Source: Geotalea daltonii FRC-32
Lineage (GTDB): Bacteria; Desulfobacterota; Desulfuromonadia; Geobacterales; Geobacteraceae
Direction of reading: 5' to 3'
Length of the DNA: 32,000 nt
NCBI RefSeq assembly: GCF_000022265.1
Contig: NC_011979.1
Location: 330,001-362,000 of the forward strand
Numbering within the stretch: position 1 is the stretch's first letter; each line of letters starts with the position of its first letter. Below the pieces are notes generated by a model. It made no database searches. It was not told the origin of the DNA and saw only the letters and a program-made list of their open reading frames with translations. A program made the position numbers and the translations under genes. Positions 6,679-14,843 of the stretch are shown here, piece by piece.

Positions 6679-7920
6679 ATGAAGAAACGCAGCTTAGCAG
6701 CAACAGTGGTGGCAATGGGCCTGGTGCTCATCCCGGGTGTTCATGCCAAAACGCTTGAGGATGTGCTCAAGGAGAAAGGGGTCATCACCGAAGAGGATTA
6801 CAAGGAAGTAACCAGGAGCAAGGCGCTGAATTACAAGCCGGGCAAGGGGTTCACCCTGACCTCTGCCGACGAAAAGTTTCAGCTTTCTTTGGGAGGAAGG
6901 CTCCAGACCCGTTACACCTTCACGGATGCCGACGACAACGGTACCAGCAGGGACTCCAACAAGTTTGAGGTCAAGCGCATGAAGTTCTGGCTGAATGGCT
7001 ACGCCTACACCAAGGACCTCACTTACCTGCTCCAGGTGGATTTTGTTCAGGGTGGCTCATCGAAGCTCCTGGATCATGCCTACCTGAATTACCGGTTTGT
7101 CGACGAAGCTCAGGTTCTGGCCGGGCAGACCAAGGTGCCGTTCGGCCGGCAATGGCTGAATTCTTCCGGTTCCCAGCAGTTCGTCGACCGCTCCACCGCT
7201 TCGGACATGTTCCGCCCCGGTTATGAGGCTGGAGTCAAGGTTCACGGAGCTGTGGCCGGCGGCATCGCCACCTACGAGCTGGGTTATTATGGCGGCGCCG
7301 GCCAGAGTACCTTCCGTACCTCCAACGACAATGCCTATGCCGCCAGGATAACCGCAAACCCATTCGGTAAGATGGCCTATGCCGAAGGGGACCTGGATCA
7401 GAGCGAAAAACCTCTCCTTTCGGTGGGAGCCAACTATTATCGTAATACCCTGCAGAAAAGCACAGCTACCGCCTTCGAAACCAACAATGTTACGTTAGCC
7501 GGTTCAACCGGCTGGCTCGGCAAAGGAATTGGTACCTTTGCAAACGGGGAAAAGATCGACATCAACGGCTACGGCGTCGATGCCGCTTTCAAATGGCTTG
7601 GCGCCTCCACCCAGGCCGAGTACCTGTTGGGGCAGGCCGACGGCCACACCAGCGACAAGACCCTCCGTGCCCACGGCTTCTATGCTCAGGCCGGTTACTG
7701 CATCATTCCGAGGAAACTGGAGCTGGCCTTCCGCTACTCCTTCGTCGATCCCAACCGGGACAAGGCCAACGATCAGCAGGTCGACACCCAGGGAGCCATT
7801 TCCTACTATTTCAACAAGCACAACCTGAAGCTGCAGGGGGATGTCACCAACAGCCACGACCAGAGCAAAGGCCGAACGGATGATATGATCTATCGCCTCC
7901 AGGCACAGGTGATCTTTTAA
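6679..7920 (+). CDS. Outer-membrane anion porin, phosphate-selective porin O/P (OprO/OprP)-like
   Basis: ATG 6679 follows AGGAGGG. Signal peptide MKKRSLAATVVAMGLVLIPGVHA. Alternating beta-strand pattern and a C-terminal ...YRLQAQVIF with terminal Phe, typical of OM beta-barrels. FQLSLGGRLQTRY and FEVKRMKFWLNG resemble the Porin_O_P family. Confidence 0.65.
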   Translation: MKKRSLAATVVAMGLVLIPGVHAKTLEDVLKEKGVITEEDYKEVTRSKALNYKPGKGFTLTSADEKFQLSLGGRLQTRYTFTDADDNGTSRDSNKFEVKRMKFWLNGYAYTKDLTYLLQVDFVQGGSSKLLDHAYLNYRFVDEAQVLAGQTKVPFGRQWLNSSGSQQFVDRSTASDMFRPGYEAGVKVHGAVAGGIATYELGYYGGAGQSTFRTSNDNAYAARITANPFGKMAYAEGDLDQSEKPLLSVGANYYRNTLQKSTATAFETNNVTLAGSTGWLGKGIGTFANGEKIDINGYGVDAAFKWLGASTQAEYLLGQADGHTSDKTLRAHGFYAQAGYCIIPRKLELAFRYSFVDPNRDKANDQQVDTQGAISYYFNKHNLKLQGDVTNSHDQSKGRTDDMIYRLQAQVIF

Positions 7921-7934
7921 AAACAGTTAAAAAG

Positions 7935-7954
7935 ACAGGGGGCTTGCCCCCTGT
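7935..7954 (+). terminator. Hairpin after the porin gene (weak terminator or attenuator)
   Basis: ACAGGGGGC-UU-GCCCCCUGU is followed by UUCCC and preceded by AAAAAG. The U-tract is poor. Confidence 0.35.
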
Positions 7955-8042
7955 TTCCCGGAAAACCTTACCCCTCCACTCCAGAACAAATACGGGCAGA
8001 TTCGGATAAAATGTAAGTAACTTATGGGAAAAGGAGAAAACA

Positions 8043-8855
8043 ATGAAACAGTGGCGTATCCTTTTATTAACATTGACCTCCCTTGCTTTCTTCTGCGCTT
8101 CGGCCGGAGCCGAAGAACGCCTGAAGATGTCCACTACCACTTCGACCCAGGATTCGGGGCTTTTGAAGGTGCTCCTGCCACCCTTCGAGAAGAAAAATAA
8201 CTGCCAGGTGGACGTTATCGCCGTCGGCACCGGCCAGTCCCTCAAGCTGGGTGAAGCTGGCGACGTGGATGTGGTCTTCGTCCATGCCAGGAAGCTGGAA
8301 GACAAATTCATTGCCGACGGTTTCGGCGTCAACCGCCGCGACGTCATGTACAACGATTTCGTCATCATCGGGCCGAAGGATGATCCGGCCGGAATAGCCA
8401 GGGCCAAAACCGCTGCCGAGGCGCTGCAGATGATTGCCGCCAAAGGAGCCACCTTTGTTTCCCGTGGAGACAAATCGGGAACCCACATCAAGGAAAAGGA
8501 TCTCTGGCAGGCGGCCGGAATTGCGCCGAAGGGGGGGTGGTATGTGGAGGCGGGCCAGGGGATGGGGCCGGTCATTACCATGGCAACCGAGCGCCGAGGC
8601 TACACCCTGACTGATCGCGGGACCTACAACGCTTTCAAGGGAAAGAAGACCGATCTGACCGTCCTCTTCCAGGGGGAGAAGGGGCTTTTCAATCCCTATG
8701 GGGTCATAGCCGTAAATCCCAGGAAACATCCCCATGTGAAGTACGACCTGGCAATGAAGTTTATCGAGTATGTGACCGGACCGGAGGGCCAGAAAATCAT
8801 TGCCGGTTACAAGGCATACGGGGAGCCGGTGTTTTTCATCTACGGCAAGAAGTAG
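8043..8855 (+). CDS. tupA: Tungstate ABC transporter periplasmic binding protein (TupA family)
   Basis: A signal peptide ending ASAGA, then KMSTTTSTQDSGLL, which carries the TTTS motif characteristic of TupA. PBP fold length is 270 aa. The SD is AAAGGAGAA. Confidence 0.8.
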   Translation: MKQWRILLLTLTSLAFFCASAGAEERLKMSTTTSTQDSGLLKVLLPPFEKKNNCQVDVIAVGTGQSLKLGEAGDVDVVFVHARKLEDKFIADGFGVNRRDVMYNDFVIIGPKDDPAGIARAKTAAEALQMIAAKGATFVSRGDKSGTHIKEKDLWQAAGIAPKGGWYVEAGQGMGPVITMATERRGYTLTDRGTYNAFKGKKTDLTVLFQGEKGLFNPYGVIAVNPRKHPHVKYDLAMKFIEYVTGPEGQKIIAGYKAYGEPVFFIYGKK

Positions 8856-8873
8856 CGCCATAAAGGCAGGCCT

Positions 8874-9587
8874 ATGCAGAACATCATCGAACTGCAAAAC
8901 GTAGCGAAGAATTATGGCAACACAATTGCCTTGCAGCTGAACCGGCTGGCCATAGGGGAGGGTGAGTTGTATCTTCTTGCCGGGCCGAACGGCTCCGGCA
9001 AGAGCACTCTTCTAAACATACTGGGTTTTTTGACTCGCCCGGATCGAGGGGAACTGCTTTTCTCCGGCGAGCGGGTCGATTGGAAGAGGGGAACAATGAC
9101 CCGTTTGCGCCGGCAAGTCACCCTTCTCCACCAGTCCCCCTACCTTTTTCGCGGCAACGTTTACGATAATGTCGCGTATGGCCTTTCCCTGCGAGGCATG
9201 GGAGGTGCCAAGGCACAGGAAGTTGTGTCTGAAACCCTGGCTACTGTCGGGCTTGACGGATTCCAATTGCGCAAGCACACGGAACTGTCGGGGGGCGAAG
9301 CCCAGCGGGTAGCCATGGCCAGGGCGCTGGCACTGAGGCCGAAGTTGCTGCTCCTGGATGAGCCGCTGGCCAACGTGGACCAGAAGAGCGCCCGCGTCCT
9401 TGAAGAAGTCATAGCCGGCCTCCCTTCCATGGGGACCACGGTGGTCATGTCTTCCCACGACCCGCAACATGAAAAAAAGCTTCCCTGCCAAGTGATCCAG
9501 CTGCAAGGGGGGCGGATGAATGCCGATCATCTGGATGAGACCGAGTCCCTTGGCAATCTGCTTGGCTATCCTGCTGTTCAGATCTGA
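8874..9587 (+). CDS. ABC transporter ATP-binding protein (TupC-like)
   Basis: Walker A GPNGSGKST, signature LSGGEAQRV, Walker B LLLLDEP and an H-loop SSHD. It starts 18 nt after tupA. No transmembrane subunit gene is adjacent. Confidence 0.85.
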   Translation: MQNIIELQNVAKNYGNTIALQLNRLAIGEGELYLLAGPNGSGKSTLLNILGFLTRPDRGELLFSGERVDWKRGTMTRLRRQVTLLHQSPYLFRGNVYDNVAYGLSLRGMGGAKAQEVVSETLATVGLDGFQLRKHTELSGGEAQRVAMARALALRPKLLLLDEPLANVDQKSARVLEEVIAGLPSMGTTVVMSSHDPQHEKKLPCQVIQLQGGRMNADHLDETESLGNLLGYPAVQI

Positions 9588-9617
9588 CGGCAATTCCAGC
9601 CCATAAAAGCTGGAAAA

Positions 9618-9654
9618 CTACGGCAGCAATGGAATTACTGCCGTAGCTTTTTTC
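9618..9654. terminator. Bidirectional intrinsic terminator shared by the ATPase gene (+) and the Zn-ADH gene (-)
   Basis: CUACGGCAG-11 nt-CUGCCGUAG is followed by CUUUUUUC on the plus strand and by UUUUCC on the minus strand. Confidence 0.8.
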
Positions 9655-10876
9655 AGTGTGTCATCTCGCGTGTCTGCAACTCCACCTTCAGCCAGCCCGA
9701 CTGGCGCATGTCGAAGGCTCGATAGGCATCCACCGCCGAGGTGAGCGGTTCCCTCCTGGTCAGTATCCTGACCGGATCGACCGTGCCGCTTCTGACCATG
9801 TCCAGCAGGAACGGAATATATTTGCGATGGTTGCAGTTGCCCATCTTGATGGTGAGGTTCTTGTTCATGGCCATGCCGATGGGGAAAAGGGTCACACTCT
9901 CCGGATAAACGCCGATAACGGAGAAGGTGCCCGCCTTGGCCAGGCACTCCACCCCCCAGATGAGGGTCATGGATGGAGCATCGCCGGGATGCCAGTTGTC
10001 ACCGCTGATATTGGTCTGGGGTGCCACGTGGGCCACCTCCTGCCTGAATTCCTCTTCGTGTTCCTTCGCCTCCCTCACTGCCGGGCCAGTATGAGGCGCT
10101 TCAGCATCGACTCCGACGGCGTCGATGGCACGATCGCAGCCGATTCCCCCGGTCATATCCCGGATCATCTGCACCGGGTCCTCCTTGGAAAAGTCGATTA
10201 CCTCGGCTCCCTGTTCCCGTGCCTTTTCCAACCGCGAGGGGATGCAGTCAACGGCGAAGATCCTGCCGGCCTGGAATAGTTTGGCGCTGGCGATGGCGAA
10301 CTGGCCAACGGGTCCGCAGCCGAAGATTGCCACGGTGTTGCCCGGTTTTATCTCGGCCAGTTCCGCTCCCATGTATCCCGTCGGAAAGATGTCCGAGACC
10401 AGGATTGCCTGCTCGTCGGTGACACCGTCAGGAATTTTGACCAGGCCTACCCCGGCAAAGGGTATCCGCGCTTTCTCCGCCTGCAGGCCGTTGACGGGGC
10501 CGGATTTTTCTGGGCCGCCGAAAAAGCTGGTTCCGGCCTGCATGCCGTTTGGGTTGGCATTATCGCACTGGGCATAGTAGCCGTCCCGGCAATAGGAGCA
10601 ATAGCCGCAGGCTATGGTGGATGGAATAAGAACCCGGTCGCCAGGCTTGAAGTTGCGCACGGCAGTACCGACCTCTTCCACCGTGCCGACCCCTTCGTGG
10701 CCGAGAATGGTCCCCGGCCTCATCCCGCTCATGGTGCCGCGCACCATGTGGAGATCGGTGCCGCAGATGGCGCTGGCAGTTATCTTGACGATGGCATCGG
10801 TCTGTTGTTCGATCCTCGGCTCAGCGACATCATCCAGCCGGATGTCGCCCACTCCGTGCCACACAACTGCTTTCAT
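9653..10876 (-). CDS. Zn-dependent alcohol/formaldehyde dehydrogenase (glutathione-independent FDH-like MDR)
   Basis: MKAVVWHGVGDIRLDDV...ICGTDLHMVRG...GHEGVGTVEEVG, the structural-Zn Cys cluster CGYCSYCRDGYYAQC, and GCGPVGQ for NAD binding. The SD is GGGAGG. Confidence 0.85.
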   Translation of the reverse strand: MKAVVWHGVGDIRLDDVAEPRIEQQTDAIVKITASAICGTDLHMVRGTMSGMRPGTILGHEGVGTVEEVGTAVRNFKPGDRVLIPSTIACGYCSYCRDGYYAQCDNANPNGMQAGTSFFGGPEKSGPVNGLQAEKARIPFAGVGLVKIPDGVTDEQAILVSDIFPTGYMGAELAEIKPGNTVAIFGCGPVGQFAIASAKLFQAGRIFAVDCIPSRLEKAREQGAEVIDFSKEDPVQMIRDMTGGIGCDRAIDAVGVDAEAPHTGPAVREAKEHEEEFRQEVAHVAPQTNISGDNWHPGDAPSMTLIWGVECLAKAGTFSVIGVYPESVTLFPIGMAMNKNLTIKMGNCNHRKYIPFLLDMVRSGTVDPVRILTRREPLTSAVDAYRAFDMRQSGWLKVELQTREMTH

Positions 10877-10979
10877 ATCCGTACCTCCCTTCTTGGATTA
10901 GGTCCCGTTAACTGGTAGTGTAGCAGTTGTGGAGGGCATTGCAACGCGCTGAATCCGGGATGACCAGCGAAAAAAGCGG

Positions 10980-11007
10980 TTGTCAGGCCTTTGCACGGTG
11001 TTAAAAT
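10980..11007 (+). promoter_or_regulatory. Candidate sigma70 promoter (TTGTCA-16-TAAAAT)
   Basis: -35 TTGTCA at 10980-10985, a 16-nt spacer, and -10 TAAAAT at 11002-11007. It lies about 50 nt upstream of the DUF2795 start. Confidence 0.5.
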
Positions 11008-11057
11008 TGTTAAGAGCCGACAAGGCTGCGACAAATCTACGAAAAGGAGGTACGCTT

Positions 11058-11333
11058 ATGGCTCCAGGTAATGTCGGACGTGGCGGCGGTCAATCTCCCG
11101 CCAATGTCACCAAGAATCTGAAAGGGATCAGCTTCCCTGCCAGCAAACAGGACCTGATCAAGCATGCCCAGCATGAACATGCGGACAGGGAAGTCATCAG
11201 TCAGCTCCAGAATTTCGAAGAGAGGGAATATGGCAGCATGGCTGACGTAATGAAGTCATACGGCAAGGAACATCAAGGCTCGTCCCGGAGTAAATCATCA
11301 CAGCAGCAGAGCCAGCAAAGCAAAAAAGGCTGA
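11058..11333 (+). CDS. DUF2795-like small protein
   Basis: ATG 11058 follows AAAGGAGG. VTKNLKGISFPASKQDLIKHAQ matches the DUF2795 pattern. The C-terminal tail is Ser/Gln-rich and basic. Confidence 0.6.
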   Translation: MAPGNVGRGGGQSPANVTKNLKGISFPASKQDLIKHAQHEHADREVISQLQNFEEREYGSMADVMKSYGKEHQGSSRSKSSQQQSQQSKKG

Positions 11334-11353
11334 CCGGGACCAGCAAGGCAAAG

Positions 11354-11392
11354 AAAAAGGGCCTGAATCTATTGGATTCAAGCCCTTTTTTT
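11354..11392. terminator. Bidirectional intrinsic terminator
   Basis: AAAAA-GGGCCUGAAUC-UAUUG-GAUUCAAGCCC-UUUUUUU with one mismatch. It serves the convergent genes ending at 11333 (+) and 11410 (-). Confidence 0.8.
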
Positions 11393-11409
11393 AATTCCAT
11401 CACCCGAAA

Positions 11410-11850
11410 TCAGACATGGCCTCCCGAGAGTGCCTCGCGGATGAAGGAGAGATGGCGCTGCTCGTCGGCCCAATTTGAGCGGACGATTGCGGCAATGTCG
11501 GCTGGCCAGCCCAGGCCGCTTGATTTCTCATAGGTGGAGGTGGTAAGCCTTTCGTTGGTTTCCATGGCCTGCAGTGCCCCTTTGGTTCCCATCATGCTGC
11601 GTAGTGCCGTAAATCCCTTGATGAAAAAGCCCTTGAAGTCGGCAGTCAGGTCAGGTGGCGTACCCTGCAGTTCTCTCATCTTTTCCGAAAGCACATCGAT
11701 GTGCCGGCGATGGTCTCCCTGGAATGAGAGAAGCTTGTCCCGGACGATGGATTGATCCATGTTCTTGATTGCCTGGTCATAGGCATGGGTGGCATCCACA
11801 TCCAGCTTGATCAGTTTTTCCAGTTGGTCGAGGATCTCTTCACGGTCCAT
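11410..11850 (-). CDS. Ferritin-like four-helix-bundle protein (DUF2383/PA2169-like)
   Basis: ATG 11850 follows AAAGGAGG. LIKLDVDATHAYDQAIKNM... and ...ADEQRHLSFIREAL resemble the DUF2383 family. Confidence 0.6.
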   Translation of the reverse strand: MDREEILDQLEKLIKLDVDATHAYDQAIKNMDQSIVRDKLLSFQGDHRRHIDVLSEKMRELQGTPPDLTADFKGFFIKGFTALRSMMGTKGALQAMETNERLTTSTYEKSSGLGWPADIAAIVRSNWADEQRHLSFIREALSGGHV

Positions 11851-11887
11851 ATATACCTCCTTTACCATGGTTTGGGCCCCCTGCTCG

Positions 11888-12397
11888 TCAGGCATGAGCT
11901 CTGGGTGGCCGTTTCTGCTGCCTTGGCGCCTTGGCTGCTGCTGGTTCGACCGTTTTGGCCTTTTCTGCAGCTATCTGCTCGCCGATCTGGTTCAAAACGC
12001 TAGCGTCCACCAGTTCCATGGCCTGGGGGAAGATCTCTTCCTCTTCCACATCCACGTGATCGTCCTTGGTATCCTCCAGTGCTTCGCAGTTTGCCTGCCA
12101 CTCCTCTGAGTTGAAGTCCTGCTCGTTCATCTGCTGCAGTATCTGTCTGATGTCATCGTGATCGGCATAGGAATCCTGAACCAGGTCGGCCAGATCTTCG
12201 ATTTCTTCCAGTTTGGGATAGAAAAACTTCTCTTCCTGGTTCATGTGGTTATTGAGTTCTTCCTGCAGTTGGGAAAACAGCTGCTGCTTCTGCTGTCCAT
12301 CGGCCTGCTTGATCTTGTCCATAAGCTTGCTAACTTCCTGGTGGTCAGTGCGCAGGATCTGGAAAACGTCGGTTTCGGAGCTCTGTTTTCTGGCCAT
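11888..12397 (-). CDS. Hemerythrin HHE cation-binding domain protein (copy 1)
   Basis: ATG 12397 follows AAAGGAGG. H..., HMNQEE, H... and HVDVEEEE form the H/HxxxE ligand pattern. It is a paralogue of 14281..14796. Confidence 0.8.
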   Translation of the reverse strand: MARKQSSETDVFQILRTDHQEVSKLMDKIKQADGQQKQQLFSQLQEELNNHMNQEEKFFYPKLEEIEDLADLVQDSYADHDDIRQILQQMNEQDFNSEEWQANCEALEDTKDDHVDVEEEEIFPQAMELVDASVLNQIGEQIAAEKAKTVEPAAAKAPRQQKRPPRAHA

Positions 12398-12468
12398 GTA
12401 ATGCCTCCTTTTGTGGGTGTTGAGCATTGTCACGCCTACGGCTGTCAGTGCTGATCAGGCCGAAAGCA

Positions 12469-12509
12469 CTGCCGGTAGGGAGGAGGAGCAGCTGCCCCTC
12501 CTCCGGCAG
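12469..12509 (-). other. GC-rich intercistronic hairpin directly after the lipoprotein stop
   Basis: CUGCCGG...GGAGGAGGGGCAGCUGCUCCUCCUCC...CCGGCAG is a near-perfect palindrome centred on CAGCTG. No clear U-tract follows. Confidence 0.6.
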
Positions 12510-12511
12510 GT

Positions 12512-14260
12512 CTAGAGCTTTGACATGGTGATGTCGGCGGTGCCGTTGCCGGTCTTAAGGTTGACGCCGGTTGCGCTTCCGGTTTCGGTGGTGTTATCCG
12601 GCTGAGCTGCGCTCCAGCCTAGGACGAACAGGTCATAGAAGGCGCCGGGCAGCGGTGCAGCGGTTGTTCCGCCAGGCAGGTTGCCGGTGGTGTAAGGATT
12701 ATCACCCACCTTGACCTTGTCGCTCAGATCCAGGGTGTCCACAAGGGTGCCGCCGTGGGTAATGAGCATGATTCCCTGGTCAAGCCCCGCATCCTTGACC
12801 GTGATCTTGCCGCTGATGGTTCTGGCCGTGGCCGGTGCCGAGATGGCCAGAGGGGTGAAAGCGATCAGCGGAGTCAGCGAACTGACATTTGTCAGCTGAC
12901 TGGCGTTGAACAGCTCTGCGGTGGCAATGGCTCTGAAACCGCCCAGCCCTTCGTTGGGAGTAACGGGGTTGAAGGTGATCGGTCCCCCATTGGCGAATGC
13001 TCCCACATGGAGCGGGCCTGAGGACAGCTCGATGGGAGTGCTGAAACTGCCGGTGGCACTGAAGGGATCGATGTGCCTGAAGCGGATCTCGTAGGGAACC
13101 GGGTCTGTGGGCAGGGTCTGGTAGAAAGTTATGGCAGCCCCGGCGGGTTTTGCATTTACGTCTACCGCATATTCAGTTCCTGTTGTAAGCCTGATTGGCC
13201 GGGAACTGACGGCGGTAGCCTGCTGCGGGTTGCCACCCTTGTGGACTTTGACACCATTGATGATGATTGTTTCCACGTTGCGCCCTCTGATGACCAGGTC
13301 ATAGGTGGCTGTGGTGGCGGTACCGAAAACCGGCAGCGGGTAAAGGGTGAACCGGCCGCTGCTGTCGATGCTCGTTGCGCGCCGGGCTTGGCGCAATGAG
13401 GTTGCCGGGTTTACCTGCTCGGCCTTGATGGTAAAATTCTTGCCCGTATAGTTCTGGAAGGCGGTCCTGAAGGAACTGCTCATATTGTTAAAGGCGCCGC
13501 TGATATTGCGGAAGGCACTGCTGGAATTGCCGAAAGCAGTTGCAGGAGGCACCAATGTGCCGGTTATGGCACCGGCGTTGTTCATGTCGAAATATCTCAG
13601 ACGGGCCTTGAGAATGAATTCCTTGGCTCTGGTCGGCACGGCGGCAAGATTCTGCGCCGATGACATCCGTCCCTGGCGGAAGATCTGCACCACGTCTTCG
13701 CCGACGTTGAAGTCCAGCGCCAGCTTCAGGTCGCCGCCGGCGACGATGATCGGCGTTTCCGGCAGAACCTTGATCCCCTGTCCGGGGGATGGAATGCGCA
13801 GAGGTACTTTATGTGCGCCGGTGCTGTCGGTATAGTCAACTTCGTTGTTGAAGGTGACCCCGCTGGGTAAGGAAGCCCGGGCTGGACCCTCGGTGGGGGC
13901 CAGGAAGACCCTGATCTGTCCATACTCGCCGGCGGGCAGGTTTAGTCCGCTCCAGACCTCCTGGGTCTGGCCGGCGGTGAGGGCGGCAAGATCGATGGTT
14001 CTTGGCGTTGACAGGGGAAACTTGATCCATCCGGCATCGGTGAGGTCGTCGGTATCCAGCTTGTGGAACCACGCTTCCGTTACCGTAATCCAGACATGGT
14101 CGTAGTTCAGGTCGGGTGCGTCGGTTATATGAATGCTGGCGGTACCGCTGGGTGTTGCTGCTGCGCCCCCTCCACCGCCACCGCATCCTGCTGTTAAAAG
14201 AGTTGTCATGGCAATGAACAATAAAATCACTTCCATCAAGCCGGGTCGTGCTTGTTTCAT
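12512..14260 (-). CDS. Large lipoprotein with DUF4382-like N-terminal domain
   Basis: ATG 14260 follows GAAAGGAGAA. Lipobox LLTAGC is followed by a Gly run. SIHITDAPDLNYDHVWITV resembles DUF4382. The rest is beta-rich and Thr/Gly/Ala-rich. Confidence 0.6.
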   Translation of the reverse strand: MKQARPGLMEVILLFIAMTTLLTAGCGGGGGGAAATPSGTASIHITDAPDLNYDHVWITVTEAWFHKLDTDDLTDAGWIKFPLSTPRTIDLAALTAGQTQEVWSGLNLPAGEYGQIRVFLAPTEGPARASLPSGVTFNNEVDYTDSTGAHKVPLRIPSPGQGIKVLPETPIIVAGGDLKLALDFNVGEDVVQIFRQGRMSSAQNLAAVPTRAKEFILKARLRYFDMNNAGAITGTLVPPATAFGNSSSAFRNISGAFNNMSSSFRTAFQNYTGKNFTIKAEQVNPATSLRQARRATSIDSSGRFTLYPLPVFGTATTATYDLVIRGRNVETIIINGVKVHKGGNPQQATAVSSRPIRLTTGTEYAVDVNAKPAGAAITFYQTLPTDPVPYEIRFRHIDPFSATGSFSTPIELSSGPLHVGAFANGGPITFNPVTPNEGLGGFRAIATAELFNASQLTNVSSLTPLIAFTPLAISAPATARTISGKITVKDAGLDQGIMLITHGGTLVDTLDLSDKVKVGDNPYTTGNLPGGTTAAPLPGAFYDLFVLGWSAAQPDNTTETGSATGVNLKTGNGTADITMSKL

Positions 14261-14280
14261 GTGGTTTTCTCCTTTCATGC

Positions 14281-14796
14281 CTATGGGTGAATTTCTTTTC
14301 TTGTGGGTTTCCTCCTCGCTCCTGGCCTGGCTGAACTTGATTTGGCAGCGCGTGTGAGAAAATGCTCCTTTTCCTGTACCGATTTCCTGGCCATGTCGGT
14401 CAGATCCTGGTCCTTGAGAAACTGGGTGCATTTGGGGAAAATTTCCTGCTCTTCATCCTCGTGATGGTGTCTGATCCCATCCTCAAGCTTGCTGAAGGTT
14501 TCCTGCCAATCCTCGGCCCCAAAGCCGATCTTTTCCAGTTGTAAAAGCAGGTCTTTGGCCTCCTGATGCTCGTCCAGGGCATCTTCCACCAGTGCCTTCA
14601 TGTCCTGAATGGGAAGCAGTTTCGGGTAAAAGAATTTTTCCTCGATCTGGAAGTGCGCCTGCAGTTCGTTGCGCAGGGTGATGAAAGGCTCCTGCCTTTG
14701 TTCGCGGGATGCGGCAGAGATCTGCTGCATGAGCTGCTCCGCCCGGCGGTGATCATTTTTGAGAAGCTCGAAGAACTGGTGAGATTGCTGTGCCAT
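14281..14796 (-). CDS. Hemerythrin HHE cation-binding domain protein (copy 2)
   Basis: ATG 14796 follows CAGGAGG. LLKNDH..., HFQIEEKFFYPKL, DEH... and HHHEDEEQEIFP are present. It shares EEKFFYPKL and E(E/Q)EIFP with copy 1. Confidence 0.8.
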   Translation of the reverse strand: MAQQSHQFFELLKNDHRRAEQLMQQISAASREQRQEPFITLRNELQAHFQIEEKFFYPKLLPIQDMKALVEDALDEHQEAKDLLLQLEKIGFGAEDWQETFSKLEDGIRHHHEDEEQEIFPKCTQFLKDQDLTDMARKSVQEKEHFLTRAAKSSSARPGARRKPTRKEIHP

Positions 14797-14843
14797 GGCC
14801 GCCTCCTGTAAGTGTTGAAACAGCTCGGTTGGCCCTGCTTCCA

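Noticed and set aside
6230-6731. Minus-strand ORFs 6230..6469 (79 aa) and 6366..6731 (121 aa).
   Set aside because: They run antisense through two riboswitch aptamers and a terminator, have no SD, and the region is fully explained by RNA elements.
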